Numbered from the stretch's first letter, positions 44,273-55,202 are shown. The stretch: DNA of 64,000 bases from an uncultured Gemmatimonadaceae bacterium (GCA_963829055.1 CAWHHI010000011.1:160001-224000), one strand, 5' to 3'. Numbers and translations: made by a program. Notes: generated from the sequence alone by a model not told the origin.

Positions 44273-45082
44273 TTGACTGAGCGGCCACGGGTCTTCGGGC
44301 GCTACGTCGCAATCGGCGACAGCTCGACGGAAGGCCTCGATGATCCGGATGGGCGAGGCGGCTACCACGGGTGGGCCAACCGACTCGCCGCGCGCGTGGC
44401 GGCGGCGCAGTCGTCCCCGCTGCTGTACGCGAACCTGGCCATTCGCGGCCGCTCGACGCGCCGAATCCGTGACGAACAGCTCGAGCCGGCGGTAGCCATG
44501 CGCCCCGATCTCGTGACGCTCTTCACCGGTACCAATGACGTTATCGCGCCGCGCTTCGACGCCGACGTCGTGGCGCGCGATGTCGAGTTCATGCAGCGCA
44601 CCCTGATCGACGGCGGTGCGACAGTGCTGGGGTTCACGCTTCCGGATCTCTCGATCGTGCTCCCGCTCGCTCGCCCGATCGCCGGGCGTGTTCGCGCGCT
44701 GAACGAGGCCCTCCGCCATGCGTCCGCGGCGAGCGGCGCCGTCCTCCTGGACTTTGCCAAACACCCCGTGGGGTCGGATCCCAGGCTCTGGAGTGACGAT
44801 CGGCTTCACGCCAACTCCGCTGGCCACGAGCGGATCGCCGCCGCGCTCGCGTGGGCGCTACATCTGCCGGGCACCGATCAGACGTGGGCGGATCCGCTCC
44901 CAACCGAATGGTCGCGATCCCTGGGCGCGAGCATCCTTGCGGAGATTCGCTGGCAGCGCGACCACTTCCTGCCTTGGGCCTGGCGGCACCTGCGGGGACG
45001 ATCGTCCGGCGACGGCCGAGGCCCAAAGCGGCCGACGCTCTCGGAGGTCGAGGTCCGAGGCGCTAACGAGTTAGGCGCCTAA
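44273..45082 (+). CDS. SGNH/GDSL hydrolase
   Basis: IGDSSTEG, NLAIRG, GTND, DRLH. Confidence 0.93.
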   Translation: MTERPRVFGRYVAIGDSSTEGLDDPDGRGGYHGWANRLAARVAAAQSSPLLYANLAIRGRSTRRIRDEQLEPAVAMRPDLVTLFTGTNDVIAPRFDADVVARDVEFMQRTLIDGGATVLGFTLPDLSIVLPLARPIAGRVRALNEALRHASAASGAVLLDFAKHPVGSDPRLWSDDRLHANSAGHERIAAALAWALHLPGTDQTWADPLPTEWSRSLGASILAEIRWQRDHFLPWAWRHLRGRSSGDGRGPKRPTLSEVEVRGANELGA

Positions 45083-45111
45083 CAGGGTCTCGCGTGATCG
45101 ACGGGCCCGCC

Positions 45112-45273
45112 TCACTTCTGCTCGGCCTTCCGCCGCTCCATCTCCGCGTGCCCGCGGCGGATCGAGCACCACTCCCGGTGATCGGCCACGGGCATACCGC
45201 ATTCGACGCAGATCCGCACGCGCTGTGTGGGCTCCGGGGTGTTGGACGAGAAGAGGCGCTTCAGAAACGACAT
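45112..45273 (-). CDS. 53-aa putative zinc-binding small protein
   Basis: GGAGA RBS; MSFLKRLFSSNTPEPTQRVRICVECGMPVADHREWCSIRRGHAEMERRKAEQK. Confidence 0.7.
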   Translation of the reverse strand: MSFLKRLFSSNTPEPTQRVRICVECGMPVADHREWCSIRRGHAEMERRKAEQK

Positions 45274-45692
45274 TGGAAATCTCCAGGATACGTTGGCCAG
45301 TGCTCTCGTACGGAACGAGGGGCGACCGGGTTACACTCAGCCCCGCGAATCCGCCGACGGGCGAGAGGCATTCATTAGATCCGCGGATCCGGCAAAAGGT
45401 TGGGACGTCGAGGACGGCGACGGACTCTCGGGCCCCTACGCGAGCTCAGGCGTCCTGACGAGCGTGCTCGCGCGGGCGATGCGGCGGCGCAGAGGGATCT
45501 GCCGGGCGCGCCGGGCGATCAGCTTCCGTTCGCAGGTCGCGAAGACCGCACGATCCCCCTGCCACACGACGATGGGCCAATGGCGGGCTGTAGCCCTCCC
45601 TTCCAGCATACGCATCATGCCGGTCGTTGCCGCCGCATCGCGAACTGTGGAGCGGGCACGGACCGGTTCCTCAACCCGACTGGGAGAAGGCG

Positions 45693-46190
45693 ATGAAGCG
45701 ACCGCTCTTTTCATTACTTGCACTGGTCTGCGCCGTCACGGCGCCGAGCAGCAGTGCTATCGCACAGAAGGAAACGGCCACCGGCGTCGAGGTGGAAAAG
45801 GACATCGCATTGCTCCGTCGCAACCTGCGAACCGAGAAGAAAAAGGTCGTCGCGTTGAACATGCCGCTGACGGAGACCGAAGCGACCAAGTTCTGGCCGG
45901 TCTATGACCAGTACACGGGCGCCATGAGCAAGCACTACGATGAGTTCTACACGGTGATCCGCGACTATGCGGCCAATCAGAAGACACTGACGGATGCGCA
46001 GGCGATCGACATGATCAAGAGATGGAGCCGCATCCAGGTTCAACTCGCGCAGACGCGGGAGGAATATGTTCCGATCATTGAAAAGGTGATCCCGGGAAAG
46101 AAAGCGGCGCACTTCTTCCAGATCGACCGGCGTCTGTACGCGTTGCTCGACTTGCAAATCGCCCAGGAGATCCCGCTCGTCGTCCAGTGA
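45693..46190 (+). CDS. secreted helical hypothetical protein
   Basis: GGAG RBS, signal peptide, LTETEATKFWPVYDQY. Confidence 0.8.
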   Translation: MKRPLFSLLALVCAVTAPSSSAIAQKETATGVEVEKDIALLRRNLRTEKKKVVALNMPLTETEATKFWPVYDQYTGAMSKHYDEFYTVIRDYAANQKTLTDAQAIDMIKRWSRIQVQLAQTREEYVPIIEKVIPGKKAAHFFQIDRRLYALLDLQIAQEIPLVVQ

Positions 46191-46317
46191 CCGAGGGTCC
46201 AGCATTCTCGGCACGAAACAACGGGCCTCATAGGACCTAAGCACACTTGCTCGATCGTACAGCGCGGCCGAGCGTGCGCGAATGGGCAACGCATGGACTC
46301 TGGCGATGAGGTCGAAC

Positions 46318-47545
46318 ATGCAGGGAGCGCCTCGGCGGCCATCCGTTCTCGGCGTCGCGGTTGCGGCGCTCGCAGCGACGATCGCGTGCGGTGGCGACCC
46401 CGACGGTCCGTCGCCTACCACGGCGAGCAAGATTTCGATCGCGCCGACGTCGCTGGCGCTCAAAGTCGGTGCTCGCGGGTCGCTCACGGCGACGGTCAAG
46501 AATTCTTCCGGCGCCGTGATCTCGAATGCGAGCGTCACCTGGGTCTCGCGAGGGCCGCAGGTCGCGACGATCGACAACAGCGGGAACGTCTCCGCGTTGG
46601 CTGCGGGCGCGACGACCGTCGTGGCAACATCGGGGCGGGTGGCGGACTCGGTGACCATCACCGTCACCCGCGACCTGCAGCTTGGTGTCGAGCCTAACGC
46701 GGCATCGGTGAGGGTCGCGGAAACGCATCAGTTCGGCGTCACCGCCAAGAACTCGCTCGGTCAGACGGTCTCGCCGCCGGCGGTCACCTGGCTCTCATCC
46801 AGCCCACAGGTCGCGACGGTGAGCGCGACTGGCGTCGCGACCGGCGTGGCGAAAGGCACGACGTCGATCACCGCGACCGGGGACGGCGTGACGAGCACGC
46901 CCGCGACGCTCACGGTGCTCGAAGGCTGCAACAGCATGGTCAACGCCAGCACGTTCGTGGCCACGCTCGACTACGACTGGGTCTCGCAGGGAACGACCGA
47001 CCGTGGGGTCGCAGTGGCTGCCGCGTATCGCGGCAGGCTTTCGGCGACGCTCACGAAGCAGGCGCGCACGGCAGCGCGAGGCCTCATGGACGGGGGACAT
47101 CACCGGGCTTGCGTCGGTGATGGAGACCAGGCAGGACCCGGCGACTCCCGACGCGACCACGACGCTTCAGGCCGACGGCACGGTGCGTCCGCTCTCCGGC
47201 GCCCTGGCGCCGAAGATGACGCTGCGAATGGATCTGCAGGAATGCACCTACCAGATCGATGCAATGGTGACGCTCAACGCGCTCCGAACCGAGCCGAATG
47301 GTGCCGCGTCCCGATCGGACATAGCGGTAGCATCGCTACACGCGACGACCAGGCCCCTCGGGACGGGGGTCGCGATCGTCCTGGAAAATGCTCCGTTCGA
47401 CACGCACTCGCAGACCTGGTCCGCGGCCAACCTGGATAAGGATGCGTTCATGCCGCTCGGCCTCGCGGTTGAGCGGACGGGCCGATCGGCAACGGAACAG
47501 GCGGTCGGCCGAGCCACGGTCCTCTGGGTGCTCCATCCCGAGTGA
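46318..47545 (+). CDS. Ig-like (Big_2) domain lipoprotein (frameshift ~47070)
   Basis: IAC lipobox; two VTWxSxxPQVAT..G.V repeats. Confidence 0.85.
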
Positions 47546-47675
47546 TGGCCTAACACCGATACCCGACAGTCCGCACAAGGGCGGACGAACCTTCGCACGG
47601 CACTCTATGTCTTTCGCGAGGCTCTCGGAGGAGAGTCGCACTGGCGTCCTCGCCATAACGGTGAGGAACGCATAA

Positions 47676-48443
47676 ATGGCGTGCGAACAGTGCGAGGGAA
47701 TCGAGCTCCAGTTCGGTCGGTCGGCGGCGAGGAAGAAGCTGCGGCAATTTCGCCGCCGCGGCCCGGATAAGACGACCCGGCTACTCGTCAATGCCCTCCG
47801 TGCCGCCCTCGACGGCACGGATACTCGTGGCGTCGTCCTCCTCGACATTGGTGCCGGTGTCGGGGCGATCCACCACGAGTTGCTGGACGGACACGTCGAA
47901 CGGGCCATCCACGTGGACGGGTCGACGGCGCACCTGGCGGCCGCGCGCGACGAAGCCGAGCGCCGCGGCCACGGCTCTCGGGTCGAGTTTGTCCACGGCG
48001 ACTTTGTCGACCTGGCCGGCGCGATTCCCGCCGCCGACGTGGTCACGCTCGACCGCGTCATCTGCTGCTACCACGATATGGAGCGGCTCGTCGGGCTCTC
48101 CGCACGGAAGGCGCGTCGACTCTATGGCGCCGTCTACCCGCGCGATGTCCGGTGGATGCACATCGCAATCCGCGCCATCAACCTGCTCCAGCGATTCAAG
48201 CGGAGCGGCTTTCGTGTCTTCCTCCACTCCCCAGCCGCAATCGACGGCGTCCTGCGAATCGCGGGGCTCGAGCGACACGCCAACTGGCGAACGTTAGGCT
48301 GGGAGGTGGTGATCTACGAGCGAAGGACGGAACCGAGCGCGATAACACCCGAAGTCCCCGCGAGTGAGGGACCCGACGCGTCCCCCGTGTCCTTACCGGG
48401 GCGTTTCGCATCGACCGGCACCCGAATCCGCACGTGTCGTTAG
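47676..48443 (+). CDS. class I SAM-dependent methyltransferase
   Basis: LLDIGAGVG, VHGDF, DVVTLDRVICCY. Confidence 0.9.
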   Translation: MACEQCEGIELQFGRSAARKKLRQFRRRGPDKTTRLLVNALRAALDGTDTRGVVLLDIGAGVGAIHHELLDGHVERAIHVDGSTAHLAAARDEAERRGHGSRVEFVHGDFVDLAGAIPAADVVTLDRVICCYHDMERLVGLSARKARRLYGAVYPRDVRWMHIAIRAINLLQRFKRSGFRVFLHSPAAIDGVLRIAGLERHANWRTLGWEVVIYERRTEPSAITPEVPASEGPDASPVSLPGRFASTGTRIRTCR

Positions 48444-48457
48444 GCGCCGGGATCCAC
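48368..48457 (+). repeat. duplicate of P450 segment 43938-44023
   Basis: 55-nt core GTTTCGCATCGACC..GGGATCCAC with one mismatch, degenerate 5' extension. Confidence 0.9.
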
Positions 48458-48616
48458 GGCTGTGCGCATAGCCGCGCATCCTAACGAGCATCGGCGCCGC
48501 TAACCCGTGCCCATCGACGGCTGACGGGGGCGCGACGGAGACGCGAGCGGCCAACCCTCGATAGACCAAAGGGCAACAAGACACCGAGGGACGTTGAACC
48601 TACGTTTCCTCACCAG

Positions 48617-49249
48617 ATGGTTAAACCATCCGGGCAACCTGAAACCGATACCAAGCAACGCATCCTCGACGCCGCCGACGAGATCTTCGTCCGGCGCGGC
48701 ATCGACGGCGCGCGCATGCAGGAGATCGCCGATCACGCGGGCGTGAACAAGGCGCTTCTGCACTACTACTTCCGATCGAAGGCCAATCTCGCTCAGGCGG
48801 TCTGGCTTCGCATCGCCTCGTCATTCGTTCCGGGCATCCTGGGATGATGGCGTCCGACCTATCGCTCGGCGACAAGATCGATCGGTTCGTCGACGCCTAC
48901 CACACGACACTCACACGCCACCCGTATCTCATGGCGTACGTCATCAGGTGAGGCTGCGCGCCATCCGGATGTCGTCGGTGACTTCTACTCCTCGGAGAGA
49001 CGTCAGGCGGCGCGCCGCATGATCGACAAGGTGCAGAAGCAGATCGACGATCTCGTCAAAGGGAGAAGACTCGAGCCTGTATCGGCCGAGCAGTTCTTAA
49101 TCACGATGGTCGGCAGTTGTCTATTCCCTTTCGCCGCGCGTCCCATGATCGCCACGGTTCTTGGGCTCGACGCCACCGGCGTGCGGAAGGTCATCGAGCG
49201 CCGACGTACAGACCTTCCTGCGTTCTTGAAAAGGGCGCTGCACCCATAG
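48617..49249 (+). CDS. TetR/AcrR regulator, frameshifted
   Basis: RILDAADEIF..GARMQEIADHAGVNKALLHYYFRSK. Confidence 0.92.
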
Positions 49250-49258
49250 GGAGGCACC

Positions 49259-49987
49259 GTGCAAACACACTGGTTCTACACCGTTTGGCCGTTCATAGGG
49301 GTGGGGGGAGCGATCGTGATGGTCGCCATCCTCCTGCTGACCGACACATTCCGTAGCGACACCACGGTATCGCGCTGGCGTGATCCAATGTGGCTGGCAT
49401 GGCTCGCCGTACCGTTCTACTGGATCCATCAGTTCGAGGAGTACAGCCTGCCGGTGATCGGCCTCGACTACTCGATCCAGGAAATGATCTGCCAGAAGAT
49501 CGGCTTTCCGCCATATCCGGACTGCCCGATCCCGCTGGCCTTCTACCCGGTGGTGAACATCGCTCTGATGTGGTTCGGCGCGCCGCTAGCGGCGTACTTT
49601 TTCAGGCGCAACGTCCTCATCGGCCTCAGCTTCTGGGGATTGCTCTTCGCCAACGGACTTGTGCACTGCGCTGGCGGCGTCGCGGCAGGCGCGTACAACA
49701 CCGGCCTATGGAGCGCCGCCTTCTTGTTTGTTCCGTTCTCCCTCTGGGTCATTTACGTCTGCGCGATTCGCGGACCGTACAGTGGCAAGGTCGTGGCGGT
49801 GGCATACGCCGCCGGAGCTCTCACTCATGTCTTGCTTTTCGCGGGCTACGGGCTTTTCAAGGCCGGAGTGATCGGCAGTGCGGGCCTGCTGGTCTATGCT
49901 GCCGTGATCGGTTTCACGCCGATCATCTTGGCGGCCCTTGCAAGCCGTTTCTTCAAGCCTCAGTTGCTGCGGCCAGTTTCGCGCTGA
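49259..49987 (+). CDS. HXXEE-domain membrane protein
   Basis: GGAGG RBS; IHQFEEY, multiple TM. Confidence 0.88.
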   Translation: MQTHWFYTVWPFIGVGGAIVMVAILLLTDTFRSDTTVSRWRDPMWLAWLAVPFYWIHQFEEYSLPVIGLDYSIQEMICQKIGFPPYPDCPIPLAFYPVVNIALMWFGAPLAAYFFRRNVLIGLSFWGLLFANGLVHCAGGVAAGAYNTGLWSAAFLFVPFSLWVIYVCAIRGPYSGKVVAVAYAAGALTHVLLFAGYGLFKAGVIGSAGLLVYAAVIGFTPIILAALASRFFKPQLLRPVSR

Positions 49988-50355
49988 CCGTTAGCGGCCA
50001 GAACACGTGGAGTAAGGACCTATTTGAACATTCTCCGCCGGCACGTCGGCCGGCCGCCGGGTCTTTTCGCGCGATTGGGTTCCACGCGTCAGGCGACCGC
50101 GCAGTGAGCACGTCGCACCCCGCCGGCGTATCTGCCGGTGCGCTAATTAGCTGGCTTGCGAAATAAGCGACAACCCAGAAGCGTGAGCGTCTGGACGCGT
50201 ACACCGCGTACCGAGCAACACGCGGTAAGTGAGCGTCTCGATTGTGATCGGACTGTGATAACGTGAGCCTCGAAACCTCGAGAAACAGCTGTTCGAAAAT
50301 GCATGAAACGGCACCCAACGGAGCTTCCCGCGTTTCTGAAGCGAGCGTTACAGCT

Positions 50356-51441
50356 ATGACACAGCGCCTAACGCGGCTGACGGTGATCCTAGCGGCCGTC
50401 ACATTCTCCGGGTCCGCGTCGGCGCAGCAGCCCGCGCCGGACACGTCAGCGCAGCCGGCCGCCGCGGACAGCGCGCGTTCGCCGTGGCTCCTCGTGCCGG
50501 TGTTCTCGTCGAGTCCCAAGCTCGGCACGGCGTTCGGGGGACTGGGCGCCTACATGCACCGCTTCGATGACAGTAGCCGCGTGTCGCTGTTCGGCCTGGC
50601 GTACCAGTACACGTCCACGAGCTCACAGATCGCCACCGGGTTTGCCCGGACATCGTTCGGCCGCGATCACCATCGCATCGTGCTGCTTGCCGCGTTCGGG
50701 AAGATCAAGAACGACTACGACGACTATCTCGGGACCGGCCAGCCGCTGAAGACCGACGATGACCTGAAGGCGCTGGCGGCGCGGTATCTGTGGCGTGCGA
50801 AAGGAGACTGGTTCGTTGGCGCCCAGGGAAGTGCCGCCAATTTCCAGGTGCTGGGCGCGTCCGCGGAAGACGATCTCGTGCTCGAGACACTGGGCGTGCG
50901 CGGCTTCAAGTCGGCGGGGGTAGGTGTCAACCTGATGCACGATTCGCGCGACAACGAAGACATGCCGACGACAGGCTGGTTCGCGAATCTCAACAACGTC
51001 GCCTATCGTGAGGCGCTCGGCGGCGACGACACGTTCGATGCGTACCGCCTGGACCTGCGCGCGTTCTGGAAGCACGGCGGCGGTCACGTGCTGGCCGTAC
51101 GGCAGTACAACTGGTTGACCAGCGATGCCCCTTCCGGCGCGCAGGCGACGGTGATCCTTCGCGGTTACAAGCAGGGTCAGTACCTCTCACCGTACATGTC
51201 CTCCCTCGAAGTCGAAGAACGCTGGGCGTTCAACGAGCAATGGGGCGCCACGCTGTTCGCCGCCGCGGCGGAGTTGTACGGCGACGCCCCAGTCAAGCTC
51301 GATCGCACCACGTATCCCACCATCGGGGCGGGCGTGCACTTCGTGCTCAAACCCGTGGAGCGCATGATCGTGAATCTCGAGTACGCCCAGGGCGTCGGCG
51401 ACAGCCGGGGAGTCTACCTGAAACTTGGCCACGCATGGTGA
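50356..51441 (+). CDS. Omp85/BamA-TamA-like outer membrane beta-barrel
   Basis: Signal peptide, DSRDN..PTTG, LRGY, terminal YLKLGHAW. Confidence 0.8.
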   Translation: MTQRLTRLTVILAAVTFSGSASAQQPAPDTSAQPAAADSARSPWLLVPVFSSSPKLGTAFGGLGAYMHRFDDSSRVSLFGLAYQYTSTSSQIATGFARTSFGRDHHRIVLLAAFGKIKNDYDDYLGTGQPLKTDDDLKALAARYLWRAKGDWFVGAQGSAANFQVLGASAEDDLVLETLGVRGFKSAGVGVNLMHDSRDNEDMPTTGWFANLNNVAYREALGGDDTFDAYRLDLRAFWKHGGGHVLAVRQYNWLTSDAPSGAQATVILRGYKQGQYLSPYMSSLEVEERWAFNEQWGATLFAAAAELYGDAPVKLDRTTYPTIGAGVHFVLKPVERMIVNLEYAQGVGDSRGVYLKLGHAW

Positions 51442-51589
51442 GTTGTCGAGGTCGACATGCGATCGTAATCGCCGGCGATGACGTGTGCTGACGATTCTGG
51501 AAAGAGCGCCGCCAGGCGCGGATCTACGTTGCCAAGCGGCGTAGCTCCTCGTGAGTCGTTAGGTAACGGGCCGAGCGGTCGCGGCCGGT

Positions 51590-52527
51590 TTACGGCCTGC
51601 CTGTGCGTAGCGAGTCCTGCTGCTTCCCGGAGTCCGTAGCGAACTTCTCCTTTGAGACTTCGCGGCCGCGAATGGTCGTCACCGTGCTGGTGTCGTGACT
51701 TGGCCGGCGTTGGTGTCGGATGCTGGCAGCGGGGAGGCTGGCTCCGGTGCGGTCTCGCGGCGGACCGAGGTCGTTCGCCGAACCTCCGGCCGCGGCTCCG
51801 TCGAGACGGTCGCCGCCCGGTTCAACCCCTGAACGATCTGTGCAGTCGTGGCGCCGCTTGTCTTCGCGCTGTTCGGGTCGCCGTAGCCGCGTAGCATCAG
51901 CTGGATCTGCCCCTGCGTGGTCACGAGCGCGATTTGCTCGCCTTCATCCGGAGTGGCCTCCACGGTGGCAACCGTGGCGTTCATGGGCCGCCCGTCCTCC
52001 GTCGGCTGTGGGGCCGACCCGATGGCCAGGATGCGCATGTTCTGCAGGAACACCTTGGCCAGGCGGCCCTTGTCCGCCGCGCCGTCCATGACGACCACGA
52101 TGTCGACGCGGCTGTTGGGCCGAATGAGGCCAGCAATACCGGACACGTCGTTGATCCGGAACGACACCGCCCGCTTCCCTTGCGCGATCTTGACCTCGAG
52201 GCCGGGACCTGTGCCGTCCGGCGCGAGTCGTCCCGGCACGAGCGGGTCTCCTGTAAAGAGGCTCACGCGGGCGACGCGTCCGACCACGGAGTCGATGGAT
52301 GTGAACGCGCCGACCGGGATGGTGGCGACGGGCCACTGGACGACGGCAACCGCCATCCGATCGATGGCCGCGCCTTCCGCCATGTCCTTCTGGGCGATGA
52401 CGACTGGACCGGTCACGATGCGCGCGTTCTCCTTTGTCTTTTCCAACACGCGGTAGACGCCGAACGTCGAGACGAGCGCGACAATGGTAGCGGCGTAGAA
52501 GATGAACGAGTAGCGCTTGGCAGCCAT
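51590..52527 (-). CDS. cpaB: Flp pilus assembly protein CpaB (probable frameshift ~51680)
   Basis: N-terminal TM, SAF domain, GKRAVSF..GIAGLIRPNSRVD, LQNMRILA. Confidence 0.9.
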
Positions 52528-52826
52528 GGGTAGCCCCGGTTTGAGGAACGCGTTCAGGGACCCGCACTATAGCGCCGTGCACCGCGTTGGACACTAGGGG
52601 AACTACGATAGTTATCGCCTAACGCGGTTAGAATGGGCGTACTACGTTAGATACCGGTATGCTGCACGACAACTAACCGTCGCCCGCATGCCTAACGCAA
52701 CGCCTGCACTCCGAAATTCCGCTATCGGTAGCCCTGCCTGAATCGATGCTTGTTCAGGGGTGACAAAACGGCCCCGCAATGAAGGTCGTTGCAGGGCCGA
52801 GAGTTGACACGCAAGCACACGAGGCA

Positions 52827-53255
52827 TCACATAGTGCCTATCTCGGAACCCGAGGTAGCCACACTGCGGCGCCGGTCGGCCATCACGAAGTCCGCCGGCG
52901 CGACCCCAATGACCATCACCGCCCGTCCGTTCAATTGGACGCGTTCGCCGATGACTTGCGGCGCCGCGTTGAAGCGTCGCCGCCAAAGCTCGTGGCTGAT
53001 CACCATGACTGGCTGGCCAACCGTTTCGTACTCGACCGGAAGAAAGAACCGTCCGAGCAACGGGCGCACGTTGGATGTGGTGAAGAACTCGGGCGAGACC
53101 ATCGCACCCGTGAGGGTATCCGTTGACGCGAGCGTGAACCGGTCAACCGCGTAGCTCGTGGCGGGGGGCTCGGCGTATTTGCTCGAGCGTTCGCAGCTCG
53201 CAGCGGCGATGATGGCGACGCTCAATGCGGGCAGGACTGTCGTTATGCGCTTCAT
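52827..53255 (-). CDS. small lipoprotein with isolated MacB/ADOP periplasmic segment
   Basis: GAGG RBS, AAASC lipobox; VSPEFF..PLLGRFF..VISHELWRRRF..LNG..VIGVAP. Confidence 0.7.
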   Translation of the reverse strand: MKRITTVLPALSVAIIAAASCERSSKYAEPPATSYAVDRFTLASTDTLTGAMVSPEFFTTSNVRPLLGRFFLPVEYETVGQPVMVISHELWRRRFNAAPQVIGERVQLNGRAVMVIGVAPADFVMADRRRSVATSGSEIGTM

Positions 53256-53533
53256 ACGCGTCCTCGTGTCACGCGGCGACGTGACCCTTCCATTCCGTCC
53301 ATTCTGGTCGCCGCGCGCGAGCAAGATGGGCGGATCTGATAGAATGGCACAACTCAACGGGTCGGCCAGAAGCTTGGATTCGTTATTGTGGACACAACCA
53401 TGATCCACTTTCCGGTCCGCCTGATCGACCGAATTTGGTTCATCTTTGCGTCGCTCCCGCTGGCGCTCGTCCCGATTTCGGTGTTACGGTCGGGCGATTC
53501 GGCGCCACCGACTCACCCATCCCCCACCCGCAG

Positions 53534-54640
53534 ATGCCCAGCAGACGCGACTTCCTGAAGACCTCGGCCGCGGTCGGCGGCTCGGTGCTCGTCGGCGCCG
53601 CCGCGCCCGGCCTCCTCGCCGCCACGCCCGAGAGAGCGCGCGCGCCGATGCGCCTCCTCATCCTCGGGGGCACGGGGTTCATCGGGCCGCACCTGGTGAA
53701 GCACGCCGTCGCGCGCGGCCACACGGTTTCGATCTTCACGCGCGGCCGCCGCGACGCCAGCACGCTGCCGGCCGAGGTCGAGCGCCTCGTCGGTGACCGC
53801 AACGGCCAGCTCGGCGCGCTCGAGGGGAAGAAGTGGGACGCCGTCTTCGACGACTCGGCCACCAACCCCGACTGGGTGCGTCAGTCCGCGACGCTGCTCA
53901 AAGGCAACGTCGGTCAGTATCTCTTCATTTCGTCCACCGGCGTCTACTACCCGTACCTCAAGAAGGGCCTCGACGAGTCGACGCCGCCGCTGCTCGAGGG
54001 GGATCAGAAGGACGGCTCGGCGGCGTATGGCACGGCGAAGGCACAGAGCGAGAAGATCACGCTCGACACCTTCGGCGAAGGTGGCATCGTCGTCCGGCCG
54101 TCGTACATCGTGGGCCCCGGCGACACGACGGATCGCTTCCCGTACTGGCCGGTCCGCCTCGCGCGCGGTGGCGAGGTGCTGGTGCCCGGGAAGCGCGACG
54201 ATTCGGCGCAGTTCATCGACGTGCGCGACCTCGTCGAGTTCATGGTGAAGGTGGTGGAGGACAAGCGCTCCGGCCCCTTCAATGCCGCTGGCCCCCGGGA
54301 CCCGATCACCATCCGCGCGTTCGTGGAGGCGGCGGCGAGCGCGCTCGGCGCCAAGGTCACGTTCACGCAGGTGGACGACTACGACTTCCTCACCGAGCAC
54401 AAGATCTTCAGCATGGTGCCGTGGGTGCTGCCGACGGGGAACAACTTCGGCCACACGGCGATCAGCAACGCGCGCGCGAAGGCCGCGGGGCTCGGCTTCC
54501 GTCCGCTCGCCACGACGGTGCGCGACACGCTTGCCTGGTGGCCCACCGAGCCGGAGGCGCGCCGTAACGCCCCGCGCTTCGCGCTCACGCCTGAGCAGGA
54601 GGCGACGGTGCTCGCGGCCTGGAAAGCGAGAAAGGGATGA
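53534..54640 (+). CDS. Tat-exported NAD-dependent epimerase/dehydratase
   Basis: SRRDFLK Tat motif, GGTGFIG, YGTAK. Confidence 0.92.
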   Translation: MPSRRDFLKTSAAVGGSVLVGAAAPGLLAATPERARAPMRLLILGGTGFIGPHLVKHAVARGHTVSIFTRGRRDASTLPAEVERLVGDRNGQLGALEGKKWDAVFDDSATNPDWVRQSATLLKGNVGQYLFISSTGVYYPYLKKGLDESTPPLLEGDQKDGSAAYGTAKAQSEKITLDTFGEGGIVVRPSYIVGPGDTTDRFPYWPVRLARGGEVLVPGKRDDSAQFIDVRDLVEFMVKVVEDKRSGPFNAAGPRDPITIRAFVEAAASALGAKVTFTQVDDYDFLTEHKIFSMVPWVLPTGNNFGHTAISNARAKAAGLGFRPLATTVRDTLAWWPTEPEARRNAPRFALTPEQEATVLAAWKARKG

Positions 54641-54745
54641 GCAATGCGTGAGACTCGTGCTCGGCCGCAAGCGACTTCGCTTTGTGCAACCGTTCTTGGT
54701 ATCGCCCGAGACAAAGTACGTCGCCCCACCGTCAACCACGGACAC

Positions 54746-55099
54746 ATGAAGCGAATACTCGTCGTCGCCCTAACGATCGTGACGAGCAAGGAGCTCGTCG
54801 CCCAGATACCCAAGCCGGTTATCGAACAGCCGACGCCCGTAACGGGGGTAAGCTCTGGGACGCACGGGCCGAAGATGCCGACAATGCCACGAAAGACCGA
54901 CCCGGCCAGCCGGGCGGCCCACAGTGACACGACGGAGATTCTCCACGCCATGGCCCAGAAGCTCCGGACGAAGGACGTCGACCGCTCCGCCGTCACGATC
55001 CAGAACGACACGGCCTGGGTGAGCCTCACGGACCCGAAGTATCGCGGGGTCGTCTATCGGCTCGAGCGACGCCATTCGTGGAAAGTCGTCGACCGGTGA
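54746..55099 (+). CDS. small secreted hypothetical protein
   Basis: MKRILVVAL..AQ signal-like start. Confidence 0.55.
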   Translation: MKRILVVALTIVTSKELVAQIPKPVIEQPTPVTGVSSGTHGPKMPTMPRKTDPASRAAHSDTTEILHAMAQKLRTKDVDRSAVTIQNDTAWVSLTDPKYRGVVYRLERRHSWKVVDR

Positions 55100-55202
55100 A
55101 GACGACGTCGCCGCGCCGTGCTTACGCGGTGCTTGCCGGAAAAAAACGTCAGGCCCTCGTTAGGCGTGGCGCCGAGGATCGGAAGCTCACAGGAAGTCCG
55201 CA

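Noticed and set aside
47676..48443. bchM photosynthesis gene
   Set aside because: Only generic methyltransferase similarity and no other bch/puf genes nearby
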